DNA of 64,000 nucleotides from Elusimicrobiota bacterium. Its GTDB lineage: Bacteria; Elusimicrobiota; Endomicrobiia; Endomicrobiales; JBDRNC01. Both the position numbers and the translations under genes were made by a program. The stretch's first letter is position 1, and each line of letters starts with the position of its first letter. The notes under the pieces were generated by a model. The model was not told where the DNA came from, did not search any database, and saw only the letters and a list, made by a program, of their open reading frames with translations. The DNA is taken from contig JBDRNC010000039.1 of NCBI GenBank assembly GCA_043811535.1, positions 32,001 to 96,000 on the forward strand, read 5' to 3'. Positions 10,411 through 20,706 of the stretch are shown here, piece after piece.

Positions 10411-11526
10411 TTAAAACTGCATGAAGTTTGTGATTGATTCTCTTATTTCGTTCATGAAACGCTTTTCCGAAAAGCGTCTGGCATTCAATATGATTTTTTC
10501 GGCCGAAAACGACGTACTGATACTTTTTTCAACAGCGGCGTTCAGGCTCTCCGGAGTCGATTCGCTGAAAAACACCCCGGTTTCGCCGTTTATGACGGTT
10601 TCCAGCGCCCCGCCTTTTGCGAACGCTATGACGGGCTTGCCACAGGCCTGCGCCTCAACAGCAGTGATGCCGAAGTCCTCTTCCTGCGGGAAAACGAATC
10701 CCCTGCAGCCCGCGTAATAACGCTTGATCTGCTCGTCTGTCAGCCATCCGAGGAATTCTATATTCCCCTTTGCCGAAGATTTCAGTTTTTCAAGTTCAGG
10801 TCCCGAGCCGATTATCTTCAAGGGATATCCGGTGGCATTAAAAGCCTTTACGGCAAGATCCACTTTCTTGTAAGGGACAAGAGCGGAAACGACAAGGAAA
10901 TATCCGCCGTTCCAGTGCTGCGGGTAATTCTCCGTGTCGGCGGGAGGGTAGATAATGTCGGCCTTTCTTCCGTAGAAGTCTTCTATACGTTTCGCGACGT
11001 GGCGTGAAATTGCCGTAAACTTGTCGATACCCGATGCCGTTTGCCTGTCCCAATTCTGGAGCCACGGCCTAAGGAACTTCATTGCAGTTCTGGTCAAAAT
11101 ACCGGATTTTTCCGCGCTGAAATACTGTTCGTACTGATCCCAAATGTAGCGCATGGGAGTGAAACAGTAGCAGAGATGTTTCGCGCCGCGGGGTTTTATT
11201 ATCCCTTTGGCGACGCAATGGCTTGTGGAGATAACAAGGTCGTAATTCCTCAGCTTGAATGAGCGGATGGCGGCGGGCATCAAAGGCAGGTAATATCTGT
11301 ACTTAGTGTCAACAAAAGGAAAACTCTGCAGGAAAGACGTTCTTATAGCGTGGCTCTCGATTGTCCCGGAAACGCTTCCTTTCATCCATAAAAGGGTGTA
11401 AATATCGGCTTGCGGGAACAGTTCGCAGAATTTTTCCAGGACTTTTTCCCCGCCTCTCATTCCGGTGAGCCAATCGTGGACGAGCGCGACTTTCAGATTT
11501 TCAAGCTTAGGCGTAAAACCAGCCAA
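10411..11526 (-). CDS. Glycosyltransferase family 4 (WbaZ-like)
   Basis: VHDWLTGMRGGEKV, YCFTPMRYIWD, EEDFGITAVEAQACG. Exact start uncertain (TTG). Confidence 0.9.
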   Translation of the reverse strand: MAGFTPKLENLKVALVHDWLTGMRGGEKVLEKFCELFPQADIYTLLWMKGSVSGTIESHAIRTSFLQSFPFVDTKYRYYLPLMPAAIRSFKLRNYDLVISTSHCVAKGIIKPRGAKHLCYCFTPMRYIWDQYEQYFSAEKSGILTRTAMKFLRPWLQNWDRQTASGIDKFTAISRHVAKRIEDFYGRKADIIYPPADTENYPQHWNGGYFLVVSALVPYKKVDLAVKAFNATGYPLKIIGSGPELEKLKSSAKGNIEFLGWLTDEQIKRYYAGCRGFVFPQEEDFGITAVEAQACGKPVIAFAKGGALETVINGETGVFFSESTPESLNAAVEKSISTSFSAEKIILNARRFSEKRFMNEIRESITNFMQF

Positions 11527-12179
11527 AATGCCTCCAATATTATGCTGTGGCCGAGTTTGGAACTCCCGTTTTTCCTGTCCGAAAATACAATCGGTATTTC
11601 ACCGAACGAAAAACCTTTTTGCCATGCCCGGTACTTCAGCTCGATAAGGAATCCGTAGCCTTCGGTTTTAAATTTGTTGTATCCTGTCGAGCCGAGAACG
11701 CCGGCCCGTATCCGGTTAAAACCGGCGGTAATGTCAGCCACCGGGATCCCGAGCATGAAACCGGCGAATTTATTCGCGGCATAGCTCAACAGAAGCCTGT
11801 ACCACGGCCATCCGGATATCCCCCCGCCGCTGACGTAGCGCGACCCTATCGCGAAATCGGCATTTGAATCGATCAGTTCCTTTATCTTTTCCGGAGGATG
11901 GGACAGGTCCGCGTCCATCATTATTACGTCTGTATACCCGTTTTCCAGGGCGAAATCAAATCCGTCCCTGTAGGCGGACCCGAGACCTGATTTCACCGCC
12001 CTTCTCATAAGTTTAATCCTAGGCTCGTTCTTATAGGCCGATGTAATCTTTTCCGCCGTTCCGTCAGGGGAGTTGTCGTCTATGATCATGACGTCAAGGT
12101 CATATTTCAACACGCCCGGTATCAATATGTCGACATTCGCTGCTTCATTGTAAGTAGGAATTATCAGCAGAATTTTCAT
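11493..12179 (-). CDS. Polyprenol-phosphate mannose synthase-like GT2 (DPM1 family)
   Basis: IPTYNE, DDNSPDGT, GLGSAY, MDADLSH, GSRY, DITAGF. Confidence 0.88.
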   Translation of the reverse strand: MKILLIIPTYNEAANVDILIPGVLKYDLDVMIIDDNSPDGTAEKITSAYKNEPRIKLMRRAVKSGLGSAYRDGFDFALENGYTDVIMMDADLSHPPEKIKELIDSNADFAIGSRYVSGGGISGWPWYRLLLSYAANKFAGFMLGIPVADITAGFNRIRAGVLGSTGYNKFKTEGYGFLIELKYRAWQKGFSFGEIPIVFSDRKNGSSKLGHSIILEAFWLVLRLSLKI

Positions 12180-13258
12180 GCCGTCAACTCTTCGTATATT
12201 TTCATTGTCCGCTCGGCGGCCTTTTCCCAGGAAAAAATCTTTGCCCGTTCAAGGCCTTTACTGATAAGTTCTTTTCTCAGATTGTCGTTTGAAATCATTT
12301 TATGAATAACCGAGGATATATCCTCGGCACAGTCCGGATTGACCGTCAACGCCGCATTGCCGACCACCTCCGGCAAGGATGACACATTAGACGTTACAAC
12401 GGGGCAGCCGCAGGCCATTGCTTCTAGCGGCGGCAGGCCGAAACCTTCGTATAGCGAAGGAAAGGCGAATAATTCCGCTCCGCAGTAGAAATCGACGAGA
12501 TTTCCGGCTTCAGCGTTCTCGAAATGGAGCACTTCATCCTTCAGAAGGTTTTCCGAAAGGATCCTGTTTATCTGCCTGAGATATTCGGGCTTGCTTTTTC
12601 CGATAATTATGAGTTTGTGCTCTATATTTTGCGACTTCTTCAGCAGGATAAACGCCTCAACAAGCTTAAGGACGTTCTTGTGCGGTCTGACGGCGCCTAC
12701 GTAAAGGATGTACTTCCCGTATATCTTTTTCATGGCGGAGGCCTTTTCAGCGGAGGGGCTGAAGTCGGCGCTGACGCCGGGATAGATGATCTCTATCTTG
12801 GAAGGGTCCGTTTTAAATTGGTCAATGATGTCATTTTTCGTGTGTTCCGATATTGTTATGATTTTTTTGGATTTCCTGCAGGCCGCGGCGAACAGGAATT
12901 TTGAATAGAGGTATGCCGCTTTTGAAGGCAGAAAATGCGGAAAAACCAGGTGAATAAGATCATGGATATTCGCGATCATTTTTCCGCCGAAAAGTACGGG
13001 CACGTTATAATGAGTCGCGTGGTAAAGCGAGATATCATTTTTCCTGAGAAGCCCGGGCATCAGCAGCTGCTCCTTTATTCCGTATATCGGGTAATCAGCT
13101 TCTATAATGGAAAGCCCGTATTTATCCAGCTGATCGCGCCTGCCAATAAGGGAAATATCCAAATTTCCGGTTTTCGGCAGCCTTGAAAGAATATTTTTCA
13201 GCAGGGTGCCAATTCCGGAGTGGTCTATCATCCTTGCGTCAATTGCTATTTTTTTCAT
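12176..13258 (-). CDS. Glycosyltransferase family 4 (MtfB/WbpY-like)
   Basis: [30 protein letters not shown]. Confidence 0.9.
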   Translation of the reverse strand: MKKIAIDARMIDHSGIGTLLKNILSRLPKTGNLDISLIGRRDQLDKYGLSIIEADYPIYGIKEQLLMPGLLRKNDISLYHATHYNVPVLFGGKMIANIHDLIHLVFPHFLPSKAAYLYSKFLFAAACRKSKKIITISEHTKNDIIDQFKTDPSKIEIIYPGVSADFSPSAEKASAMKKIYGKYILYVGAVRPHKNVLKLVEAFILLKKSQNIEHKLIIIGKSKPEYLRQINRILSENLLKDEVLHFENAEAGNLVDFYCGAELFAFPSLYEGFGLPPLEAMACGCPVVTSNVSSLPEVVGNAALTVNPDCAEDISSVIHKMISNDNLRKELISKGLERAKIFSWEKAAERTMKIYEELTA

Positions 13259-13297
13259 AGTTATAAAAAAATGATTAAAATTAGCTGCTTCCTTCTT

Positions 13298-14419
13298 CTA
13301 TCTTCCGTCTTCCGTCTTAAAAACGTTCCATATATCCTGCGAAGTATTCTTCCAGTTGAATTCTCGCGCCCTTTCGATGCCTTTGGCGGAAAGCTCCGCG
13401 CACAGGCGCTCGTCGGAAATGACCTTTTCAATGGTCTTTATCCAGGCGTCTGTATCAAGCGGCGGCAGCATTATCGCCGCGCTGCCCGCGACTTCCGGGA
13501 TAGATGATGAATCGGAGCATATTACCGGACAGCCGCATGCCATTGCTTCAAGGACGGGAAGCCCGAATCCTTCGTATATCGAAGGGAATACAAAGGCGTC
13601 CGCGGCCGAATAGATGCAGGGCAGGTCTTCCTTGTCCACATAGCCGAGAAAACGTATTCTTTCCGCAACTTCGCTTTGCCTGATTAAATCCATCATCCCG
13701 CCTGTTTTCCAGCCGGGCTTGCCTGTGGAAACAAGCAGGTGAGGTATCCTGCCGCTCAGGTTTTTGAAAGCGTTAAAGGCAGTGATGAAGTTTTTCCTCG
13801 GCTCTTGCGTGCCTACGGCCAGGATATACGGTCTGTCTAATCCGAATTTTAAACTTACCAGTTTTTTTGCGTCCGATTTGCCGATTTTTTTGAATTCCAA
13901 AGAAACCGCGGGCGGTATGACTTTCATGGGTTTCTTTACGGTAGGAAAATATCCGCGAAGGTCGTCTTCGGTGCTTTTTGAATCCGAAATTATAAAATCG
14001 GCCTGCTTGATAGACGGAGCAACCAGGAATTTGTGTATGTACATGTTTCCCGAAGCCATCGTTTCAGGGAAGCGCTTGTAGACAAAATCGTGCAGAGTGA
14101 GCACTTTCCTTATCCTTTTCAGCGTCAAAAGCGGCAAGACATGCAGCGGTCCCCAGAAAACATCAAGGTTATCTTTCTTTATCATGAAAGGCAGGACGGT
14201 CTGAACCCATACGGAGCCGTACATGCCGCCGTTCCCGAACCTGAGACTGAAATTAGCGGGCAGGCCCGGATAGATAATCTTTTTCTGGGCGTAAAGATAT
14301 ATTGTGTTCGCCGGATCAAGCGCCTCTTCCGGCAGATTATCAAGGACGTTCTTCAGGTAAACGCCTATTCCAGTATACTGCGTAGTTGCGAGTGGCCGCG
14401 CGTCAATTCCTATTTTCAC
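13298..14419 (-). CDS. Glycosyltransferase family 4 (MtfB/WbpY-like)
   Basis: IGIDAR, TLHD, VGTQEPRKN, FPSIYEGFGLPVLEAMACG. Confidence 0.9.
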   Translation of the reverse strand: MKIGIDARPLATTQYTGIGVYLKNVLDNLPEEALDPANTIYLYAQKKIIYPGLPANFSLRFGNGGMYGSVWVQTVLPFMIKKDNLDVFWGPLHVLPLLTLKRIRKVLTLHDFVYKRFPETMASGNMYIHKFLVAPSIKQADFIISDSKSTEDDLRGYFPTVKKPMKVIPPAVSLEFKKIGKSDAKKLVSLKFGLDRPYILAVGTQEPRKNFITAFNAFKNLSGRIPHLLVSTGKPGWKTGGMMDLIRQSEVAERIRFLGYVDKEDLPCIYSAADAFVFPSIYEGFGLPVLEAMACGCPVICSDSSSIPEVAGSAAIMLPPLDTDAWIKTIEKVISDERLCAELSAKGIERAREFNWKNTSQDIWNVFKTEDGR

Positions 14420-14558
14420 CTGAATATGCTCCTATAACTGAATGAAATTACATGCAAATATGGCAAGCCCATGTATAGTCTTGCTGATATAACAAATCTC
14501 AGGTGACCCGCCGAAGCAATGTCTTTTTGGCGACATGTCTTGCGCAGGAGGGTCATAA

Positions 14559-15815
14559 TCATCCTGATACATGAGAAGCATCGCTTCTCATGTAAGTTTC
14601 ATATGTTTTTATCGCTTTAATCAACGGTAAAACGCACAACGCTATTATAATCAGCTGGGTAGCCAGCACCGCAGCCGCGGCTCCGGGCGTTCCCCACTTG
14701 TAAATGAAGGTAATGGTCAGCAGTATGTTCAGTATAAGGGCTATCAGCTGGTTCAGCGCGTGCCTTTTTTGCTTTTCAAGTACGACCATTAGGTATATAG
14801 CTATATGAGAGAAAAATGCCGCTCCGTTTGCCAGCGCGAGAATGGAAAGGACGGGCGCGGCTGTCATGTAGCGCTCGCCGTAAAGAAAGTTTATTATCGG
14901 GCCGGAAAAAAAGAAACCGGCTGTCATCCAGGCGGCCGCAAGAGCGAACGCGAAAACAGCTATTCTTTTGATCCTGGCGATGAAATGAGCGTAACCCTGT
15001 TCTTTCGCCCTTAAAAGAAGAGGGGTAGTGACCAGCATCAGCGCCGCGGGAACGGCGTAAACCATTTCAAATATCCTGAAAGCCGCTCCGTAGATGCCTG
15101 TTTGTTCCGTGCCGGTCAGCCACGTAAGGAAAATTGAGTCGGTGCGGAGATATATTATGCCGAAAATGTTGGCTACGCCGAAAGGCAGGGCTATCCTAAA
15201 AAGGTCCTTTATCTCGCCGATGCCCGCCGGCGCGAATTTTATACCCTTGGTTTTCATGAATATCATCCCTGCGGCAAGGGCCCCGATAAGGCTTCCGGAA
15301 AAATACACCATTGTAACATTGAGCAGGTTCACTTTTCCGGCGATGAAGAGGAATACCATCCCGGCGATCATGAGGAACCGCGAAGACAGTATCACGTTCG
15401 CGGCGCTTTTGAAATCATGAGTCGCGTTGCAGAAAAGCTGATAGAAATCCACAAAAGAATTGCCTATCATCCATCCGACCATCGCCAGCAGTATCACGGG
15501 ATATTTCCACGGCCAAAGCGCCGGAAGCAGGAGTACGGAAAGAAGCAGGACGGCGATGCTCATCAAAAACTTGAGCGAGATTCCCTGGTTCCAGTAACTT
15601 TCGATATTTTCGGGTTTTTCCCCGGCTTTTTTCAAAAGGTAGGTATTCGCGCCCATTTCGGTAAAAACATAAAACAGGTTCGCGAGAACCATCGCGTATG
15701 TCAGCAGGCCGAAATCGCTGACAAGCAGTTTTCTGGCTATGAGAATGTTCAGGCCCAGCAGAATGAACCTGGAAAGCATGTCAAGCCCGAAACGCATGAT
15801 AAACGCGCGAATCAT
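14559..15815 (-). CDS. wzx: Wzx-family oligosaccharide flippase
   Basis: About 12 hydrophobic segments; ARKL..DFG, GIYGAAFRI, G..GAAAA patterns. Start set at ATG 15815 (ATGA overlap with upstream stop). Confidence 0.82.
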   Translation of the reverse strand: MIRAFIMRFGLDMLSRFILLGLNILIARKLLVSDFGLLTYAMVLANLFYVFTEMGANTYLLKKAGEKPENIESYWNQGISLKFLMSIAVLLLSVLLLPALWPWKYPVILLAMVGWMIGNSFVDFYQLFCNATHDFKSAANVILSSRFLMIAGMVFLFIAGKVNLLNVTMVYFSGSLIGALAAGMIFMKTKGIKFAPAGIGEIKDLFRIALPFGVANIFGIIYLRTDSIFLTWLTGTEQTGIYGAAFRIFEMVYAVPAALMLVTTPLLLRAKEQGYAHFIARIKRIAVFAFALAAAWMTAGFFFSGPIINFLYGERYMTAAPVLSILALANGAAFFSHIAIYLMVVLEKQKRHALNQLIALILNILLTITFIYKWGTPGAAAAVLATQLIIIALCVLPLIKAIKTYETYMRSDASHVSG

Positions 15816-17275
15816 TGTTCCCGCCCCGAAAGCCCGCCTGTATCGGCCCAAAGCGCGGCGACAGTAAGACAGAATACAGTCGCGACCTCAGTCATAAGAA
15901 GATGCGGGCCAATATTTAGCAGGATTATCATGATCAGAACCGATAGCGACAGGATAACGGAGTTTGTCGAAGCTGCTTTTGGTTTCATCAGCAGATTAAC
16001 GGCCGAAGCGGCCAGCCTCGCGAAAAATACCGCGAATAAGATAAATCCGATAATTCCCATCTCGGCGGCGGCTTGCAGGAAATAATTTGCGGTGTTCTCG
16101 TTATTATTCACGTGTGCGGGAATTGTTTTCTGATAAACGGGGGCCGCCATAAGATAACGTCCCGCGCCTGTTCCGGCAGGAATATTGTCTTTAAAAACCA
16201 TCCATCCCAATTCCCAGTACGGAATTCTAGGTTCAACAATATCCGTTAAAAATGTGAAAGGCTTTCCGTCGCCGGAGATGTTCCGGCCCTTTAATTCATA
16301 GAGGCGCATGGTTGCAGGCGAACGCATCATGAAGAGGGAAGATATCAGTACAACCACTCCTATCAGCGAAAAAAGTATGAATTTTCCGATTCTCTTCGTG
16401 ACCGCAAGAAAGAAGACGGTAAAGACGAGAAAAGCGAATAGTCCGATAATCGCAGAACGGCTTCCCGAATAGTACATGATCAATACCATCACGGATATCC
16501 CCGCGAACAACAGGTACCGCAGTCTGTTTTTTATTCCCAGGAAAAGGCATATCAGCAAAGGTATGCTCATGAGAAAAAGGTAGCAGAGCGAATTCGGATC
16601 CGCGCTTGCTCCCGTTATGCGCTCAAGCGGCGTTGCAAACATGGGTGGCATCGCGAAATTGACGTCAAAAAACTTCTGATAAACGCCGAATTCAATGGAT
16701 ATCAGGATGCCGGCGGCAAGGAACGCTATCGAACTTTTCAGGCAATTAAAACGCTTCAGCCAGTCGTAAAAAGCTATAAGCAATACCGGTACCATGGACC
16801 ATTGCACAAATCCCAGTATTATCCATCCGACAGCGTTTTTCAATCGGACCTGCTCGCCCAGATACAGGGTCGCGACCGTGGAATTCCATTCAGGAAAATA
16901 AGAGAGGTATTTTGAAAATGAGTAGAGCGTAGAAAGAAGAGTTATAAGGAGCATGGAGATGAGGATCCATGACTCTTTCGGCATCTCAAGGCGCAATTTG
17001 TTTCTGTAAAGATAAATATAATATCCGGCGAGCCATCCCGAGACAGGTATTAGAGCCGCCGGGATGACGTAATAACGGAACAGCGTGTTGCTTAAGACGT
17101 CTATCCACGGTATGAAGAAAAAAAGAAGGCACCCTCCCAGTTTTGGATTCCGGGCCGTGACCGCTATCTGGAACGCTGAAAGCAGAAGGAGCAGGATGAC
17201 CGGGGAGCTTTGAGATACCAAGGCCCAGGTATTAATTATGAAGATTAATGAAAAAATAAGATAAATTGTGCTCAC
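15812..17275 (-). CDS. O-antigen ligase/polymerase family membrane protein (WaaL/Wzy_C)
   Basis: Multi-TM; RITGASADPN, SGSRSA, R..YW, GTGAG, NYFLQAAAEMGIIG. Confidence 0.82.
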   Translation of the reverse strand: MSTIYLIFSLIFIINTWALVSQSSPVILLLLLSAFQIAVTARNPKLGGCLLFFFIPWIDVLSNTLFRYYVIPAALIPVSGWLAGYYIYLYRNKLRLEMPKESWILISMLLITLLSTLYSFSKYLSYFPEWNSTVATLYLGEQVRLKNAVGWIILGFVQWSMVPVLLIAFYDWLKRFNCLKSSIAFLAAGILISIEFGVYQKFFDVNFAMPPMFATPLERITGASADPNSLCYLFLMSIPLLICLFLGIKNRLRYLLFAGISVMVLIMYYSGSRSAIIGLFAFLVFTVFFLAVTKRIGKFILFSLIGVVVLISSLFMMRSPATMRLYELKGRNISGDGKPFTFLTDIVEPRIPYWELGWMVFKDNIPAGTGAGRYLMAAPVYQKTIPAHVNNNENTANYFLQAAAEMGIIGFILFAVFFARLAASAVNLLMKPKAASTNSVILSLSVLIMIILLNIGPHLLMTEVATVFCLTVAALWADTGGLSGREQ

Positions 17276-17826
17276 TACTTTTTTGCCTCGAGAACGATAT
17301 GCATTTCCATCGCGGGAAAGATAAAGGGCAGAAATCTTTCGTAGAATGTAGGGAATTTTCTTGAAATGAATTGTATCCCGAGAAGTTTGCAGGGAATTAC
17401 CGGTAGGGAATCGTGGAGTTTCCAGAAACTCAGTTCTCTTTTGATAAGAGCGAATTTCGGCTCGTTTCCCGAATATGACCCCCGCAGGCCGCAGTAGGAG
17501 TCGAAGACCTTGAGCGAAAAATAATGCTTGTGGCTAAGGTCCGAGAAAGCGTTGAGCGAAGAGAAATGCGGCGTGAATACTTCGACGTGCCCGCCGTTCT
17601 TAAGGACCCGGTGGGCCTCTTCGATCGCCTTTTCAGGATTCGAGAGATGTTCGAGTGAGTGCCTGAAATATACGGTGTCGAATGAATTGTCCTCAAGCGG
17701 GTACGGGAACTTATCCAGGTCCCATTGTACGTCGACTCCCGGCAGACGGTTCATGTCAACGCCTACCGCGCTCGGAATCTTCGCCATTCCGCAGCCCATG
17801 TCCAGTATTTTTTTGTTCATATTCAT
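17275..17826 (-). CDS. Class I SAM-dependent methyltransferase (small)
   Basis: ILDMGCG, HSLEHL, RVLKNGG. Start set at ATG 17826. Confidence 0.82.
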   Translation of the reverse strand: MNMNKKILDMGCGMAKIPSAVGVDMNRLPGVDVQWDLDKFPYPLEDNSFDTVYFRHSLEHLSNPEKAIEEAHRVLKNGGHVEVFTPHFSSLNAFSDLSHKHYFSLKVFDSYCGLRGSYSGNEPKFALIKRELSFWKLHDSLPVIPCKLLGIQFISRKFPTFYERFLPFIFPAMEMHIVLEAKK

Positions 17827-17889
17827 ATTATCCGCCTTCGTTATACGCGGTATCAATATACATGGCTATCCGCCATATTGATACCGCAA

Positions 17890-17910
17890 CTTCGGTGGAT
17901 CTCGCTGAAG
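17890..17910. repeat. Dispersed 21-nt imperfect palindrome (REP-like), copy A
   Basis: CTTCGGTGGATCTCGCTGAAG; closely similar to 28869-28889. Confidence 0.5.
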
Positions 17911-17935
17911 AACTCAGAGAGACCGCATAAGGTGC

Positions 17936-18676
17936 TCATTTCACTAGCAGTGTTATGCCGTGGCTTTTTTTTCTGAACAGAATGATATATATGGCCGCGA
18001 GACTTCTCAGAATGCCGAGTTTGAAAATCAGTTTCAGCGCCGGCCTATCGGGCCTGTCGTATATGGCCTTGCCGATGTGTATGATCCGCGGGAATATTTT
18101 GTAACCGCTGAAGCCTATCTTTTTTGACAGTTTGACGACTTTGCCCGGATGCATGGCCTTTTCGGTGACGCCGTATTTGTTCACGGCGTTCTGCGAGATG
18201 GAGTTTTTATCGTGGTTCTTACCGGGTTCCACGGCCACGCAGATGCCGCCGGGCTTGAGCGCCTTGTAGACCATTTTCAGCGCAGTTTCCTCGTTCACCG
18301 CGTGGTGCAGCGAATCATAGAATACGGCGCAGTCAAACTCGGAGTCAAAACGCATGTCTTCGTAATCGGACACAATGAATTTTATGTTCGCGATACGTTC
18401 TCTTTCCTTGTTGCTGTTGGCGCAGTCTATCATGTCCGCTGCGATATCCTGTCCCGTGACCTCATATCCTCTTTTCGCGAAAATACAGCTTGTCCATCCG
18501 GTCCCGCACCCGAGATCAAGAAGCTTTGCCGGCGGCGGCGGGAGCAGTTGGAACACAACGCCGAGGTCCATGAAGTATTTGCCGCAATTCTCGTCGGAAT
18601 ACGGCTTATTGGATGCGTGGTTGACGCCTTCCTTCCCGATATTCTTCAGATAATCTATTTCACCCTGTTTAGGCAT
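17936..18676 (-). CDS. Class I SAM-dependent methyltransferase
   Basis: LLDLGCGTG, FYDSLHH, ALKPGG. Start set at ATG 18676. Confidence 0.85.
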   Translation of the reverse strand: MPKQGEIDYLKNIGKEGVNHASNKPYSDENCGKYFMDLGVVFQLLPPPPAKLLDLGCGTGWTSCIFAKRGYEVTGQDIAADMIDCANSNKERERIANIKFIVSDYEDMRFDSEFDCAVFYDSLHHAVNEETALKMVYKALKPGGICVAVEPGKNHDKNSISQNAVNKYGVTEKAMHPGKVVKLSKKIGFSGYKIFPRIIHIGKAIYDRPDRPALKLIFKLGILRSLAAIYIILFRKKSHGITLLVK

Positions 18677-18699
18677 GTGAGTTGGTTGAAAAATCCTTT

Positions 18700-19437
18700 T
18701 TATTTTTCCAGGAGAAGGCAAGCGACGCCCTGCACGATATCTTTTGAGCTTACGGCGGATAATTCCTCTTTCGCCGCGGGAAGCCAGAACTTCCTGTCCA
18801 TCCCCATGTAGTATTCGGATTTAAGTATCTTGAATTTCTTAATCAGGCCGGCGAGCGATACGTCATCATATATCCTGTATCCTTCGCCTTCTTCATTCTT
18901 TCCGAACGGCACCGTGATTATCAGTTTCCCTCCGGTCTTAAGCACCCTGTGGAATTCACCGAGTATTGTGTCATCGGCCCTAGTATACGTTCCTCCGCCG
19001 TAAGAACCCATTCCGGAATGTTCAAGCGCCGAGACTGCCACAATAGCGTCAAACCTGTCACCGGGAAGAGTATTCTTTGAGAAATCGCCCTTCACAAAAG
19101 TAAAATTCGGATGCTCGAGGCCGCAGTCATTCAGGTCGGTCCCGGTTACTTTGTATCCGGCGCTCGCCATTTCAAGGGAGAGTTTGCTGTAATTGCACCC
19201 GAAATCAAGTATCTCGGCCCCTTTCGGAAGGCCCAGATTGGAATAGACAAAAGGCATCTCTACTATTCTTTCGGTCGTAATAAGGCGGAAATTAGCCGCG
19301 TTAAAGCCGTACCGGAGCCTTGAGAGGAGATTGTTTCCCCCTTTTCCCAGCTGAAAAAAAGCAGGGTCGGCGAAATACGGTTTTAACGCGGTTTTATAGA
19401 GACTCAAGAAAGTGAACAGCCTGTCTTTAATACCCAA
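18700..19437 (-). CDS. Class I SAM-dependent methyltransferase
   Basis: ERIVEMPF, ILDFGC, VSALEHSG, RVLKTGGKLIITVPFG. Confidence 0.82.
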   Translation of the reverse strand: MGIKDRLFTFLSLYKTALKPYFADPAFFQLGKGGNNLLSRLRYGFNAANFRLITTERIVEMPFVYSNLGLPKGAEILDFGCNYSKLSLEMASAGYKVTGTDLNDCGLEHPNFTFVKGDFSKNTLPGDRFDAIVAVSALEHSGMGSYGGGTYTRADDTILGEFHRVLKTGGKLIITVPFGKNEEGEGYRIYDDVSLAGLIKKFKILKSEYYMGMDRKFWLPAAKEELSAVSSKDIVQGVACLLLEK

Positions 19438-19553
19438 TGGTCACCTTCATCCGCGCATCAGAATGCCGCGGGTCGGTTTTGCGTAGGATGAATATTATTC
19501 AACTGGCATTCGGTGCGGGATTCCGCGCTCCAAATGACTTGAAGAATTGATGC

Positions 19554-19570
19554 CCCGGAGTATATCCGGG
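19554..19570 (-). terminator. Hairpin immediately after recA stop (possible terminator)
   Basis: CCCGGA-GTATA-TCCGGG; U-tract weak. Confidence 0.3.
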
Positions 19571-19576
19571 AGTGCT

Positions 19577-20632
19577 TCATTTTTTTGACGAACGATGCGG
19601 CTTCTCCTCTTTTATATCAACGGGCGCTTTTTCCGCCGGGACGCTGAAATATTTCTGTCTTATCACGTTTTCTATCTCCTCGGCGACCGCGGGGTTTTCT
19701 GTCAGGAAGATCTTGACGTTGTCCCTTCCCTGCCCGAGTTTTTCGTTCTTGTATGAGAAAAAGGCGCCTGATTTCTCTATCATTCCTTCCGTTATGCCCA
19801 TGTCTATCAGGAATCCGAGCCTGTCAATTCCCTGGCCGAACATAATGTCGAACTCGGCCTGCCGGAACGGGGCCGCGATCTTGTTCTTGACGACCTTGAC
19901 CCTGACCTTGTTCCCGATAACCTCGTCGCCTTTCTTGATGGATTCCACCCTGCGGATATCGAGCCGGATGGAAGAATAGAATTTCAGCGCGAGCCCTCCC
20001 GGCGTAGTTTCCGGGTTTCCCCACATCACGCCGATCTTCAGGCGTATCTGGTTTATGAATATAAGAGAGGTCCTTGATTTTGATATTGTGGAAGTGAGTT
20101 TGCGGAGCGCCTGACTCATGAGCCGCGCCTGCAGTCCCATGTGCGAATCGCCCATCTCACCCTCGATTTCAGCCCTCGGAACAAGCGCCGCGACCGAGTC
20201 AACTACAATGACGTCCACCGCGCCTGACCTTATAAGCTTATCCGCTATTTCGAGCGCCTGCTCGCCCGAGTCAGGTTGCGATATCAGCAGGTTATCTATG
20301 TCCACTCCGAGTTTTTTGGAGTATTCCGGATCCATTGCGTGCTCGGCGTCGATATAAGCGGCTATCCCGCCCCTTTTCTGCGCCTGCGCGACAATGCAGA
20401 GAGCCAGGGTGGTTTTTCCGGATGATTCCGGGCCGAATATCTCCACCACTCTTCCCCTCGGTATTCCGCCCACCCCGATGGCTATATCAAGCGGGAGCGC
20501 ACCCGTGGGTATGATATCCACGATTGTTTTCGCGTGCTTTTCCCCGAGCTTCATGATAGCTTCCTTGCCGAAATCCTTTTCAATCTGCGACAGCGCCAAA
20601 TCCAGCGCTTTCAAGCGGTCATCTTTTGCCAT
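19577..20632 (-). CDS. recA: Recombinase RecA
   Basis: GPESSGKTT (Walker A), [55 protein letters not shown]. Confidence 0.99.
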   Translation of the reverse strand: MAKDDRLKALDLALSQIEKDFGKEAIMKLGEKHAKTIVDIIPTGALPLDIAIGVGGIPRGRVVEIFGPESSGKTTLALCIVAQAQKRGGIAAYIDAEHAMDPEYSKKLGVDIDNLLISQPDSGEQALEIADKLIRSGAVDVIVVDSVAALVPRAEIEGEMGDSHMGLQARLMSQALRKLTSTISKSRTSLIFINQIRLKIGVMWGNPETTPGGLALKFYSSIRLDIRRVESIKKGDEVIGNKVRVKVVKNKIAAPFRQAEFDIMFGQGIDRLGFLIDMGITEGMIEKSGAFFSYKNEKLGQGRDNVKIFLTENPAVAEEIENVIRQKYFSVPAEKAPVDIKEEKPHRSSKK

Positions 20633-20676
20633 TTTGTCCCCCCTCCTTTTAGATTAGTGGCTAGCGAATTGCATTG

Positions 20677-20705
20677 ATTATACATAAGATTATGTATTAA
20701 GTCAA
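20677..20705 (-). promoter_or_regulatory. recA sigma70 promoter with 18-bp palindromic operator
   Basis: Minus strand TTGACT-17 nt-TATAAT. Palindrome ATACATAA-NN-TTATGTAT (20680-20697) fills the spacer and overlaps the -10. Confidence 0.8.
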
Positions 20706-20706
20706 T

